This document shows, piece after piece, positions 24,230 through 38,019 of a stretch of 64,000 nt of DNA. Numbering within the stretch: position 1 is the stretch's first letter; each line of letters opens with the position of its first letter. A program made the translations under genes and the position numbers. The stretch lies in assembly GCA_977016875.1 (NCBI GenBank), contig CDRNST010000144.1:6510001-6574000 (forward strand), written 5' to 3'. The notes under the pieces were generated by a model. The model did not search any database. It was not told the DNA's origin and saw only the letters and a program-made list of their open reading frames with translations. This DNA comes from Pavona decussata (lineage: Eukaryota).

Positions 24230-25650
24230 AAAGTCTAAGAACCACAAAGTGTTTTTTGAAGACCCCAAAACACATACTTCAGGGACCTCGGTAGGAAGCT
24301 CGGTAGGAAGCTGTTGGAATCCCCAGTTTTCAAAGTGAGTGAAAACCGCCAAAAAGTGTTCTTTACATGGGGGGTGGTTTCTTTCCCAATCACTGCACTC
24401 ACAATTTGGCATTGTGTTGTTGTCGCCAAAAGACAGCTTGTACCATGTTTCCTGGTAATGTGGATCCTGGCTTTTGACCTTGAATAATCCTTTCTCAACA
24501 TCTTCTGCATGAATGCACTGAGCTTGCACTTCAGAAGCTGAGAACAGCCTTTGTGAACAGTGATCAACGAGTGACGAAGGAGGATCATGAAGATATTGTG
24601 GTAGTTGGCCACTGTATCTACAGCACTGACTAAAACATCTGCAGTCCTAGTCAAGTTTAATTGTGACACTTCACAACCAAGCTGAAAATATCCCTCTCCT
24701 GCTTCCCTGCCCCCTCTCAATGTTGTTTTCGGAATTTTCTAGCCAATCTTGTGAGCTAACATTGAGAGGGCAGGGCAAGGTCTGTCCCATCTAATGTGAC
24801 TATGAGCAAGGACATATTTTATGTTCTGTTTGCGTGTATCCTTCAAATAATTCATATTTTTAAAAAAAACTTACTTTTCTCATTTTCCTCACCAATTTAG
24901 TAAGTGAGAGAAATTCTTGACTTGACTACATGAACAATGTTAGACATACCTGGGAAGAGATCCTCCACTGCTGCAATCTCTCCCTCTGCCGACCATAAAA
25001 ATGTTTTGTTTTCCAGTCAGGGTTCCAATTCTTGATAACAGACAGAGCTTCTTTTATCGTATCTGTGGTTTCTGACTGTGTAAAAAAGGAGGCTTCAACT
25101 TTGTATTCCATATTCGTTTTTACAATCAGTACGTAGTGGCAGTAAATATTTGGTGGTCCTGTACGTCGCATCCAGAAGACACAGCTCGTTCCCATACATA
25201 TTGAGTAGGTGTCACTGCCATTTTGATTGGTGCACGAATAAGAGGCTTCTATTCGATGTGCTGTCACCAACTCTCACTTCCTCAAGGTTGCCTTCCTCTA
25301 CAGAATCTCCCTCAGCCCCGGCATTTCACTTTCAGTAGGAGGATTCACGCTGGAATTCAAAGAAATCGTCCTCGTTACCACCTCGCCATACACTTTTTCT
25401 AACAGGTTTGCCTGGTCCACCTTAGCTAGACACTGTTTTATCACAGCAATGTAGATATCGTTTTAGATGGTCGTGGGACTCAGGCGGAATTGTTTATTTG
25501 ACTTTTGTGGTGGCGGTGTCCCAGGAAACAGGCTGTTTTGGACATAGATATTAATATGGCGCTTCATCTCGCACACCATCTGCCACTTAAATGTGGACAT
25601 TTTCCAAGATTTGTGGATCAATCTTCTGGGATTTTCCAGCTATCTGCAAG
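24230..25650 (-). mobile_element. MULE/Mutator transposase remnant with SWIM finger and CaRF-like N-terminal region
   Basis: LDATYRTTKY, VKTNMEYKV..FFTQSETTDTIKEAL..WNPDW and SWIM CECSDWERNHPPCK(E)HFLAV. Many frameshifts. Confidence 0.7.
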
Positions 25651-26639
25651 TTCAATAGAATAAACAGACTTTTTATCCTTTCTTAGATAAGATATCAGGA
25701 TATTATGATCCAGTTAATCTAGATCTATAAGTTTATACTACCTGGCCTAAAAAATGATTACAGTGTTCCGATTTTTTCGGTAATTCCCCATTTGGCCTTT
25801 CTGCTTTCAATGTCAGCTCTCGCTCGTTCCGGCGTCTTTTTCCTCCTTTTTTTCAGAATTTTCAACAATCTGATACCAACAAACATATAATATAATAGCT
25901 AAGTTATATCTAAACTTTGAGGCAGTTATTCTTCCACTCCTACACTATTTTCCGTTGAAGTACCTTGTAACCAGGGAATCATAGTCTTTCCCTTACGTTG
26001 ATTCTTGGATGGAAATTATTCATATTACCAACAAATGAGAAGAACCAAAGATCCCTAAGAACATGTATTTACAAAATTAAAATTCAATAGCCCTTCTCGC
26101 AAGTTCACAAGTAATGAAGCGCCGTCCCTCTTTTGTTTACCCAGAGTTATGTCTCTGCTTGTCCTCTATCTCAACACCCGTGCGAAATTGGAATTCAAAC
26201 AAAGAGTAAGAGCATTCAGCTTCCTGTAAGAATTCATTGTTAGGATTGGTTGTTGTTTTTCTGCTTATAAAAGCTAACAGTTGAAAAGGAGGCTTTTGCC
26301 TAAACGCTAACAGAATTTGATGTACAATTGCTTCCACTGTGCACAGTTGACGATCGTTCAAAATCAACACGGTACACTACTGCATGCCTAGTCATTTATG
26401 GTTTGATACGACCCACAACAACTTACTTTCCTCCTCTGCTTGTTCTTGATCGCTTGAGCTATTGAACGATTCAAAATCACAGACATAAGCGAATAATGCT
26501 GCTCAATGCGAACATTTTGAAGCGTTTTGTAACCAAAACACAACACTCCCGGGAACAATGTCAAGTAGAGTGACGTCATTATATGGTAAATTAGGTCCCA
26601 GTCCCACTACATTTTTTTAAAGGATAAAGCGGGTATTCC

Positions 26640-27588
26640 CCTCCCAAAAACAATTGTCAATGACGTAACCCGAAATACAATCAAGAACTGTTGAAGAAAA
26701 GCAGGATTTCCAAGCGAAGTAACAGAAACAACACACGGCCCATTTGAGTCAGACAAGGAGGTTGAAGAAACAGCAGAAGAATCTGGTCTGTGGGGCAGAC
26801 TTGTCCAGCAACACCGCTCATTGATGAATGAACCATTCAACCAGTTTGCGAGTCTAGATGAAGACGTTGTAATTGAAAAGCAGTGGAAAAGGATGCGACA
26901 AAGGAAAGCTTTAGAGGTAGTTCAGCCGGAAGATTCTCAGGTTAGCCATGAAGACCAGGAATCAGACACTGACAATAACGAATAATCGTAATAAATGCGT
27001 GACCTCTTATCCCTGTGGAAGCTGCTGAAGCAGTCAAAGCACTGAGAGACTTTGTGATGTCCTTTGAAGAGCAAGGGGCAAGAGAACGAGATCCCTTTCT
27101 ATGATGGAGGATGCCTTTTTAAGGTTAGAAGTGAAAAAAAAAGCGGCAAGCCAAAAATGACAAGTACTTTCGGAAATGACGATGAACCGTGAACACTATT
27201 GTAAATAAACATGGAACAGTACATTGGATGGCTAACCTTTAGTTTTGAATACGTTAAAGAGTATGTATGTATATACAACATTCTCAGAACTTATATGCAC
27301 TGCGCATACTGTGGAAGGATGTTATGTTGTGTTTTGGTTGTTGCATTTATGATTCATTTGCCCATTGCAATTAAATATAATACAAACAGTTCAGGTATCA
27401 AGTTGCCGCGACTTAGTTATGTTATTGATTGCTCTAAGAAAAATTAATTATTAACCATATCCCGATACAACAATATTTTTGGTCGCTTTTCTGCCAAATC
27501 GTTAAATTGGGAGTTCATTTACAACTATATCCCAATTTAACGATATGATTTTGCTGTTCCCTTCCCATAAAATCGAGGTTCCCCTGTA
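26640..27588 (+). mobile_element. Decayed pogo/Tigger 3' remnant
   Basis: VTRNTIKNC*RKAGF (post-DDE motif), an acidic tail, and a TIR-like end AAATCGAGGTTCCCCTG-TA near 27570-27588. Confidence 0.5.
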
Positions 27589-28049
27589 AATCGTGACCAT
27601 CACCTCTCCTCCTCATCAGATCTATTCATCTGTAGCAAAATTACTTTTCCAAAGAAAATATCATTACTTGATGACTGCCTGACTATACTGAGCATAGTGT
27701 GTAACACTTGCACTGGTAATGGTGATATCAAAAATCTTTCTGCGTGTAGAAGTGTGGATAACAAGAATCTACAGGCAAAGGTGAGAAAACAGCGGCCTCA
27801 TAGGAAAGATGTACAAATGGCAATCTTTGATTTTCAGTATATAAGCAGTGTACTGAAAAAAGAGGATAAAATTTATTGTCAATTTCAAAATTTTTTTTAG
27901 TTATTAGTTTCAAGTCAACTTTTTTTGTAGTTTTAAGTAGGCCACCAAAGTGCTTCTCTTCACTTTATAAGGGTATGCTTCTAGTTTCAGGATTTACATT
28001 TGTTGTTCATTTTGTTTTATTTTTATCAATACGGATCTGAAAGCCAACC

Positions 28050-29300
28050 GTTATTTGCAGCAGTTTGTTTCAAGCATTCTCTCACTGCTTCAGGAATTAG
28101 ACAGCTGCCGTCATGTTCCTTTGAGTCAAGAAACTGCTGACTTCCTCCTTCTCAGACTAACTGGTGCCATTTGGCATAAACATCAATTTTTGCTATCTTG
28201 TCAGAGGTCCCCTCAATTTGCAGATAGTGAAACAAGTCGGCTTCACGATCTCCTGGTTGAACTGCACGGTATAGAAAATTTATTCAGGGAGTTCCCTGTG
28301 TTCATTCACAGTTCCTACAAGGCCCCCGATCTTACACACTGGTTCAGTTGGACGGCCATCATATGACATCCTCGGGAACAGTTAATGCTTCTTCGGTCAT
28401 ATTATTTCTCATGGACTGCCATTGAAAACATTGTCACTGTTTCAAGATACAGTACATCGGGGTGTTAATGCTCTGGAGATACCAGGGACTTTTGTATCAT
28501 GTTCTCGAATTTGTGACTCCAACTTGCAGGATGCAGCTTAGCAAGAAGTTAGAAGGATACCCTGCTCTGGAGAATGGTACATTCAAGGGGGCTTAAGACA
28601 GCAAAGAATATTTGTTCAACGATGGAGAGGGTGTGATGCGTTAATTACACTGGATCCCATAAGTAGAGCTTGTCGTTGACACAACAAATTCCCAGAAGAC
28701 CTTACTAAGGGTCACACCCTAATTTCTTGTGGGACATAGAAACTTAAAGTAACGCAGTGTGTGATACATGGTGCAATTGATGGCTACTCACAAGTTATTG
28801 TTTCCCTCCAGTGCAACAACAATAACCATGCTTCAACTGTTCTTTCTCTATTCCATAAAGCAATCAATGTGTGGGGATTGCCTTCCGAGTATGTGCCAGT
28901 GATGGTGTAGAGAATGTTCAAGTTGATGAGGTGATGGTACACCACAAAGGGGTTGATTGTGGTAGCTTCCTTATAGTGTTCACAACAATGGAATCTAGAG
29001 ACTGTGCTGCAAAGTCGTGCACTGTATTTAAATAATGTTTTGCAACGTTTTTGTTTTTTGGCATCTGGAACATATTGGCATGTAATCGTACCAATGAAAT
29101 CAATCTGTTTTCATTGCATTATGTGTACATGCCATGAAGCAATTACCCCTAAGACTGTTTCTACGTTCAAAAACCATGGCATTTCAACCGAACATGACAT
29201 GAGTCCCCATCATTTATGGATCTCTGGTACTCTTCAGCACCATTTCTGCAGTTTTGCCAAGTACCTTCAAAAGTGTAAGCAAGTCTTGTGGTCCTGATGG
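28050..29300 (+). mobile_element. Decayed rve/integrase-core DNA transposase (IS3EU-like)
   Basis: VIHGAIDGYS..LQCNNNNHASTVLSLFHKAINVWGLPS and NHGISTEHDMSPHHLWISG motifs, heavily frameshifted. Confidence 0.6.
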
Positions 29301-29329
29301 CCAAGAGAATAACAGCGAGGACTGAGGGA

Positions 29330-29560
29330 GGCACAACCTCAAAAACAAGGGGTAAAGAAAACCCTTGACAAAGGGGAAGATGGTGATTATCATAGATGAC
29401 AACCAATATAACAAAAGTTGACGACCTCGTTGCTGGAAGAGATGGCATTGTGAGAGTTGCCAAGGTGTGAGCCTGAAAGACAACCTCAGAAAGAGCCGTC
29501 CAACAACTGTACCCATTAGAGCTGACTAGTGACAGAGGAACTGAGAAGAGTTCAGCAAAC
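29330..29560 (+). mobile_element. BEL/Pao integrase C-terminal fragment
   Basis: DLVAGRDGIVRVAKV...RAVQQLYPLEL motif. Confidence 0.65.
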
Positions 29561-29755
29561 TTCAGGATCTAGGACATAAATTCGGAAACAGACTAGACAA
29601 GAACCCTAAAGTCAGTTGTGCTTAATATTTTATGGAGCATTCCATCAAAAATATAGCAAATTGAAACGTTAGGTGCGAACATTTCGCAGCATTGTGGTTT
29701 CGCTCCTTAGAGCTTAACACGTGGATCCACCTTAAACACTTCCATTCGTCCTTAA

Positions 29756-32421
29756 GAGTGGCCGTCTGTAATTTTCAACTAATGTGTTTTGGGTGAGATT
29801 GCATGACATAAGCACAGAAAGTTGTCAGCCCACCTGTCTGTCCATCGATGATCAAGTAATAAATTTCGCGTTCAGTTTGGCGACGTTTACTGAAGGGGTT
29901 GAGAGGAGAGGAACGGGAAAAATAACCGAAGTAAGCACTTTTTGGTCCCCCAAGCACTCCATGCATTAACTCGCTACCCTCCCCTGCGAGACTTCCCCGC
30001 TTGTTCATCAACTTCGTTGATATCTCTGTTAGCAGCTGTGCAACACCCGAGGTTAAGGAAAGCTCCACTCAGTAGAATTAGAGAAGAACAACGATTCCCA
30101 CGATGAAGACGATCAAACAACAAAGCTCTTCACTTGTCCGGTTGACGGATATGTGATATGTAAAACTTTTCCAGCATTACAGCTCTTTAGAGAACCATTT
30201 CAGTACGGTAAATGTGAAATTGTCCTCGAAACGGAGAACTTATTCGACAAGGCCAGAATTGCCTACAGAGACAAACCTCTCCGAGGTTCTGATATTCAAC
30301 CAGCTAGTGGTAAGATCCATGCTTCCAGGCCCTGCTGAAGAGATTCAAACACAAGGCTAAACGTTTCACTGAAAAGTAAGAATGCTACCTTGATGAAAAG
30401 TTTCTCATTGGCCAGGAAACCGGCCATAAGCTTCATGCAGCAGCTGTGGCATGTGGCATAAGGTTTGCTAAGGACAAAGGCGGAAATAGAAGGTTACAGT
30501 AGATGATTTCCTCACTCCTCAACAAGTCCAATCTTATTTTTGCAGAGCGGCTGCTAAGCTAAAGAACAGCCAAGAAAACACCCCAGAAGACATAATTGCC
30601 GCTGAGGGCAGGCGAAGCTGCTTATTCACTAACTAGCCAAACTATTCTTGACCAGTGTCTGTTATCCCATCCAGTCACTTCCAAATCATTTAACCTCTGT
30701 AACTTAAACGCGTCCAATAGATTCAAAAAGCTTAGCATCCTCATGCTCCACAAAATGTGCGAATCTTGACTTTGATTTAATAGATGTCAGCCATTTCTCA
30801 AGGGCACGTAAGGCACCTTACATCGAATTGCAAAAGTGTCTCGTGCATGAGTGCAACTGTGCACTTCACCAAAAGTGATTGCAAAATCTTTGCATAAGTC
30901 TTGTAACAAAACGTTATATAACAGTTAGCATTTGATGTATTTTCACATCTTCCATGCCTTCGAGTTGTACTTTACTTCCTTTCGTGGACATTACGTAGAG
31001 AGATGAAGACAACTTGTTGGCGGAATGTAGGAACTGGAACTAGAATATCTCTACTAGGCTGTCATTAGACAACAAAGGCGTTTCAGAACTTTTGTCATGA
31101 CTCAGACACCCTTCCAAGAAACTTGCTAAATATGCTGCCAGTCTCCTGAAAAAGAAAACAAGCAAGGCGGCGTTGCCAATAAAGTTAGTAAAATCCAGCT
31201 GAAGCCGGACTGCACCCAGACTGAAAATCGGCAATATATTGACGCAGGTTAGGGGAAACATAGAATGTTCAGTTTCTGCAGTAGGCGCTTGATTGCTTTC
31301 TTCTTTACCTAAGTAGTCTGCATCTGATATTCTCTCATTTGATATCACTTCGCATGAAAAAGCGTTTTCTCTAAAACTGATATCAGATAATCATTTGCGC
31401 GGCTCGGCACTCGCGTCTTGCCGACCAGAGTGATCTGAGGACGACAATGTGTATGTAACACAATCTTTTTTGCCTTGCCAACTGCTGGATTAAGAGATCT
31501 CTCGCTACTTCATGCGCCACAGAAAAGATACTTTTATTGTTGGAAAGGGAACATTAGCTTGACGACCTCAGTTGTTGTAAGGATCTCGAGAGTCGTTGGA
31601 TCTTTCGAATACCGTAAAACATTCAGTTTTTCCGTGATGAACGGCGGGAGTTACAGTGAAAGAATGGTCAAAGTTTGCCTTCTTTGTCGAAGACTGTATA
31701 AACTTCACCACAAATTCCGCAGAAATATGTTTCCATTCTGCCATCCCACTGAAAGGGAACTGAAAGCATTCCTTTTTCTCCAGGTCAGAGTATCTTCAGC
31801 ACGTAAGTGGATTTTGTAATGTTTTTCCTTCGTATGTCATAGACTCGTCGTCGTTGAGCTATTTGAAAATTTAGTGTTTGTTTACAAAAGTGCACTTTCT
31901 AATTTCAACTGTCAAATTTCGTAGGTATGTTGGCCCCAAAAATTTTATTGCATATATTTGAAGGGAAGATGTTCCTCTTTAACTGGGGTGTACTTTTATG
32001 AAGTCTAGTAATGTACCATTGGCGATATTTTCATTTGAATTTAGCCGATTTTTGTACCTGCCCAAATGGCTCACAAAAGAGACAAGTTAAAAAATCGATA
32101 AAATATTCAGCTTTTTATTAAAATTGGAAACAACCGTCCTGAATTAATCATAAATGTCTTCTGATTTCAAGTTCCGACTTCGCGTTTAGTGTTAGTTACG
32201 TTTTATATCCAAACCCAGGTTTTACCGATAAAATGATCCCTGAGTGCCTTCCGAGAGCTGAAAAACTGTAATATTTGTCCTGCAGCTAAAATATTTATTT
32301 GATTGACTTGAAAGTTACATGAATGTGAATTACTTATCTGGTCCTTTCTTCTGGGAAAGTTTGAGGAATTTTATTTTTTCTCACCCGAAACACATTAGTT
32401 GAAAATTACAGATGGCCACTC
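29756..32421. mobile_element. Internally deleted TIR DNA transposon with TTAA TSD (Kolobok-like termini)
   Basis: 43-bp TIR GAGTGGCC(G/A)TCTGTAATTTTCAACTAATGTGTTT(T/C)GGGTGAGA with 2 mismatches. TTAA at 29752-29755 and 32422-32425. Decayed coding remnant at about 30080-30880 (LFTCP.., FLTPQQVQSYF). Confidence 0.85.
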
Positions 32422-33959
32422 TTAAGTGAGCTCGAAAAAGACTGACTAACAGTTGAAAGCCCTGATACACCAGGTACATTAAATGTGCCCACACTACTTT
32501 AATGAGGAACATTTTATCTCCCTATAAAAAGCTTGCATATACAACACTGTTCAATTTAATGGCGCGCTTGCCTGTTTTATATCTTGGACCTTACTGGACT
32601 TAATCCTGCTTTCCTTTTAAATCGTATAATGGCAATTTACTGAAACGCTTCCACAGACCTCAAAATGTTGAACTCCAAATTGTGTCAGTTAGCTGTTGCA
32701 CTTACACATTCCTTACAGATTCTTAAATTAAAATTGATCATATCCGGAGCACTCTCTCTCACGATAGGTTCCTCTTTCAAAGGTAGCATTCAACGCATGC
32801 TGGCAACCTCTTCAACAAGCATGCGACCTCCCTGTTGATTGACAAGCCCATATATTTCCTGCAAAATGCTTTCTATCTCTTCTTCATTTCGTCAAGATCC
32901 CCACTTTCTGTCTCCCTCGTCATCACTCCGCTCGGCATTTTCTTTGACACACTCTCAGCTGCTCTGGACAGAAAATAATGCGCTGCGCACCACACTCTTC
33001 TTTCGCCACAATTTCTGCATACAACGCATCTATTACAGAGTCTAAGTTGCCTTCTTCTCCTTCTTCCTCGCTGTTAGAATACCCAAGGAAAGGAAGCCAT
33101 ATTTCCAAGTGCTTTCACCCACACACCATTTTTATTTATGCTAATTTTTATTGTTATTGTACATTGAATGATGCATTGTACATTGATCTGCCCAAACAGA
33201 AAAGAAAAACAAGCATGGAGAGCAGAAAAATAGAGCTTGATTTGGAGAAAGAAGAATTCAAGTTGACACGGAAAACGTGCTACCTAAATAATTTGTGAAG
33301 AATGACATATACTGTGGCCGCAAGTTTCATGTGTAATCTGGAGGACAAAGAGTTTTGACAAGAGCATAATTTGCGACAGAAAAAATCTGCTGGCTGGTGT
33401 CAGAGAACAAGATGTGCAGTGCGTGATAACTGTTTTGCCTTATTTTACTTTGAAGAAGGGGGTGAAAGCATGTGTGGGAGTAGACGTACTCTTGCATAAA
33501 GCAGTTTTTAGACAAGGGCTAGATTATGGCGGAAACTGCATTACTGCCTTCATAGACGACATGGAAGTACTAGTGAAAACAAGCAGAGACAATCTGAAGG
33601 TGAACAATATGCTGTTGAGTTATCCAGACAGGCCCCATCACTGACGTGAAACCACACAATTAAAAAAACATGAAGTCTACAAAGTTCTAATATGCAAGGC
33701 AACATTATTTCGATATCGCATGCTACACAAACACACCTAAGCCTTCCTATCACAAGGCAAGGAAAGAAAAACATAGCATAAACATATCAACGTGAAAACC
33801 CTCAGGTTTAAAAGCCTAAAATGGGAAATATACACAAATAATGTCTTGAAAAGAAACACAGCCAAGCTTCAATAACAAACGGATCCAAAATGCTTCCATA
33901 TGACTAGTTACTTTCTATAACTACGGGCCAATGAGAATACGTTATTTTCGATCCCTACA

Positions 33960-36248
33960 CTCACCCGTTAACATATATAAAGGTCATCCGTCTATAATTC
34001 AACAGGAACGGCACTGAGAATTTTCTCTACAATCCTACCACATATTACTGTTGTCAGTAAATAGCAACTGAAGAGATTCACACAGAATCGAAACCGCCGG
34101 TCTTGCTGGAGACCACACAGTCCATTATCAAACACATTGATAATGTTAACAGACAACAAAGAACTACAACCATACCTCACGTCCTCGGCGATAGAGGAAG
34201 ACTCAGATACAGATCTTTTGGAAACGCCAAAACACTAGAAGGTATACCTGATAAAGACGAACTGGACATCCAGTACAGCAGCAAATTTGACATAGAGGAC
34301 TCCAAATCAAGCTCTCCAGCATCACAGCTTGAACCCAGACACAAGAAACACTACCAATACATGAAAGAGAACAGCCAACCCAAAGAATCTGCAAAAAACA
34401 GACGACCAAACAGAAAAAGAAAACACATAGACACAGTCTCCTTGGAGACTAATATCACAAAGTCAAAAGATTCCATCAGGAAACTAGAAAAACATATGAA
34501 GGACAAGACGTGTCCTAAATCTTTCCAATACTCGGCAAGGGCTAATATCCCGCCGGTTGACACATTTGTGAAAGATATAAGGTGAATCAAAGAAGAAGCA
34601 GAACAACGCTTCGTCAGCGCCCTCCTACAGTACCACAAAAGACGCCTAAACAGCCAAGAGAACAAATTTAAAAAGGCTAAGCTCTCAAAAAATACTAGCA
34701 CAAATGCTAGCAATGATGTAAATAGAACAGTCGCACTCGGCGAACACAGTAAACATTGTAAACCACGATGTAGATAAGGTAGATAAACTGCAGCAAGAAT
34801 TCAACGAGTTCAAAGAAATATTGTACACACGTGTTGCAGAATTCTGCAAACAATAAAAATGTTGAAAAGTATAATATTCTTATCTCTGAAAACCTAACCA
34901 CCACAACAGTAGTTGAAAATAAAAAAAGGGCACAAAAGAAGTTACAAGCGCAAAGAAAGCAGAAAAAAATTGGCAAAAAAACGGATTGAGACACAAAGAG
35001 AAAACAACGAGAAATTCATAAAGAATTTTTCAAACCAACAACTTAGCGACAGCCAAGTCAGCGTTATTTCTAAAGGCCTCAAATTTGTCCCGACACAGGT
35101 GACAGATGAGAATAACATTAGACGCCAACTCTTGTTAGACTTCGAACATTTTGCAAGACGTATGCGCCTGAAATACATATTTCACAAAGAAATAAAGAAC
35201 CGCATCGACTCCACGTCAAATCAGACTGGAAGCCACCGGTTCAAAAATCAGTTGCCCTAGAAAGCCACTTGGAAAGCGTGAAAATCCAATTGGCAGAGAT
35301 TAAACCAATCAAACCTAAAAATAACCTGTCACAAAACCAATATAAAGCTCTCACAGAGCTGAAAAAGAACGCTAACATCGTTCTAAAAAAAGCAGACAAA
35401 GGCACAACAACTGTCATCATGAATAAATGTGATAAAATACAAGAAGCTCAAATTCAACTCGACAACAGAGAACATTATAAAACTCTCCAAAATCCCATGA
35501 CGGTGAAAACATTACAAAGAGTTCACGAGCTTGTCGCACAATAGCATCAAAATAACTTCATTGATAACATGACAAAGAAATGGTTTTCTCAAACGCAAGA
35601 TCTGCCAAGAATACCAATATTTTACATCCTTACTTACTAAGATCCACAAACCAAATCCAGTCGGAAGAGCGATAATTTCGGGCTGCGAAGGCCCTACAGA
35701 AAGATTATCATCTTTTGTGGACAAATTACTTCAGCCCATCGCACAAAAACAGAAATCCTATCTAAAAGATACAGCGGATTTCGTAAACTTCATAGAAAAG
35801 ACAAAGGTCTCTAAGGATATTATCTTAGTATCAATGGATGTAACAAGCTTGTACACAAATATACCACAGGAGGAGGGAATTACAACAGTATGCAAAGCAT
35901 ACAAGGCATTCCACAACAATAAACCTCCTATACCGTCACACTACCTCAAAGAAATGCTTAAACTTATCCTTCAGGAAAATTCATTCCAATTTGTTGGAAA
36001 AAATTACCTTCAGACCCATGGAACTGCAATGGGTACAAAAATGGCCGTTGCATTTGCAAACATCTTTATGGCCAATATTGAAACAAAAATGATAAGTCAA
36101 AGCAAAACAAAACCAATTGAATGGAAACGTTTTATTGGTGACATTTTCTCACTGTGGGATAGTGACAAAAAGGAAATTAACCTGTTCATTGAACAAGCTC
36201 ACAAATTCCATCCTACTATTAAATTTATGGCCGAAATTTCAGAGAACA
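33960..36248 (+). mobile_element. Penelope-like element, 5' part with long basic N-terminal region and RT; 3'-truncated
   Basis: NFSNQQLS..ISKGLKFVPT, KKADKGTTTVIM, GRAIISG, DVTSLYTNIP, GTAMGTKMAVAFANIFM and WKRFIGDIFSLW. Stops and frameshifts present. Same family as 12390-13460. Confidence 0.9.
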
Positions 36249-36673
36249 CTGTGTGGACTCTGGGGTATGCCATTCCTTATCATACAAAGCAGCTGGTTGA
36301 GGAACTTGGCTTTGGACATGGCCTTAATTCTATGCAGGGCCAGGAAGATAAACATGTCAAATTAGCAAAGTATGTTGAGAACACCTGCAATGTGAGGAAA
36401 AGTATGAGGTGGTGGATAGTGTTCCGTCATGAGTTTGTCTGTCTGTTGTGGCTAAGAGAGATGGATCCCTTCAGTGTTTCCTACCGGCAAGTGAAGAAGA
36501 ATGCTTGTGACTCCTATATTCCAAAGAGGGTGAGGGATGGTGATAATAGGTTTTGCTTGTGTGGTCTTTCAAAACCTAGTACAGACGACAGCGGTTGCAC
36601 AATCTGCACAAGCAGTGTGATGAACATGGTCAAACAGTGTTGCTGCTGCTGCTGCTGGAAAGGTGACCCCTGA
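36249..36673 (+). pseudogene. C-terminal fragment of a putative DDE transposase, fused in frame to the PLE RT
   Basis: VWTLGYAIPYHT..GLNSMQGQEDKH..WWIVFRHEFVCLLWLRE plus a Cys-rich tail. The composition changes abruptly after ..AEISEN. Confidence 0.45.
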
Positions 36674-38019
36674 ACTCAAATCGTTTCTTTCATAATTCAG
36701 ATGTCAGCTAATAACATTAGTGCTGAGATACTCTCAAGAGTGATCAAAATCCAATTTCTCATTGTATATACCATTTAAGCAATTCACTTTAATACAAGCA
36801 GACATTTTTTGTGACTATAATTCAGAATTTTAATATTTTGATTATCAAGCACAAAATTCTCTGAAGAAAAGGAGAATATACATTTTAAACATCAGACAGA
36901 GATTTACTAAGCACAATTATGTATTGTAACTCATCGGTGTATTTAATAACAGCTTTGAAGCAACCGGCCATTATATAGTACAAAGAGTTATGACACATGT
37001 ATGCATATAGGGTTAAATACTCAACATCACAGCCCTTTAAAACTGTGAGACTTAACCATCTTCACCTGATTGCAATTGCCAGTTTTAATATCCACCACCG
37101 AATTTTCAATTTATAGCCCTATTTTTTTGTACTGAGAAACATTTGGTAGTTACAATAACTGTTGTTTGCAATTATATGGTTATATATAATTATAATACAG
37201 ATATCATAATTTTGTCAAAATAGAGGTTATATTTTCAATAATTTAATCGTACTATTAAATAAGGATATTTAAAAATGTATAATACCTCTATTTTAAAAAA
37301 GTAAGATATTGTAAAAAACACCATGCAATATAAATCAATATGACAATAGTTATTAGTAAAAAAAGGTCAATATAAATTGATCTGCAGTGTAAATTCAAAA
37401 CTGTATGTTTCATTAATTAATGTAAGTCAGAATGCACAATAAACAGCTGGAACAACCTGATGTCGCATGCACAATTATCCTCTGTTTAACAAAAGTCGAA
37501 GTTTCTGTTGTCTGGTGGCCATAGTTTGTTTGTGCCATTACATCTTTAGACAGGCAACTAAACACCTCTTATGGCATATCCATGGTGAATTCCCCCAGCC
37601 ACGGACTCACTTATTTTGGTCGCGTATACAAGCGGCGAATAATCTTCGTATGTCCCTTTCTTATAGCCCTTGCCACAACTCCTCGAGCGGGCAGTAACCT
37701 TTGCACATTAGCAAAGGTAGATAGGCTACTAAATTTCTCCTCTAGGACTTCCACAGCAACTTCAAGTTCAGAACAGAAGTGATTCACTTTTTTAATACCA
37801 TCCCGGCTTGAAGTCTGGCCCAAGCAGTCAGATTTGGCGCATTGTAAAGGTCTTCGAAGCGATCCGGGAAAGTCCACATTGGCGGCCATCTTGGATTTTC
37901 TAGTGACAAATTCCAATTTAGCCGCCATCTTAAATTTTTCCTATGATTGCCCCCAGGCTTCCGATGACCCATTTGAGGGGTGGTCTGGCCCCGCCGTGGA
38001 ACATGCCTCCTCCCATGAA

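Noticed and set aside
34583-34585. In-frame TGA in the PLE N-terminal region as possible selenocysteine recoding, as in some Naiad PLEs
   Set aside because: The same copy also has TAG stops and frameshifts, and the context is not Cys-like. Ordinary decay is the simpler explanation.
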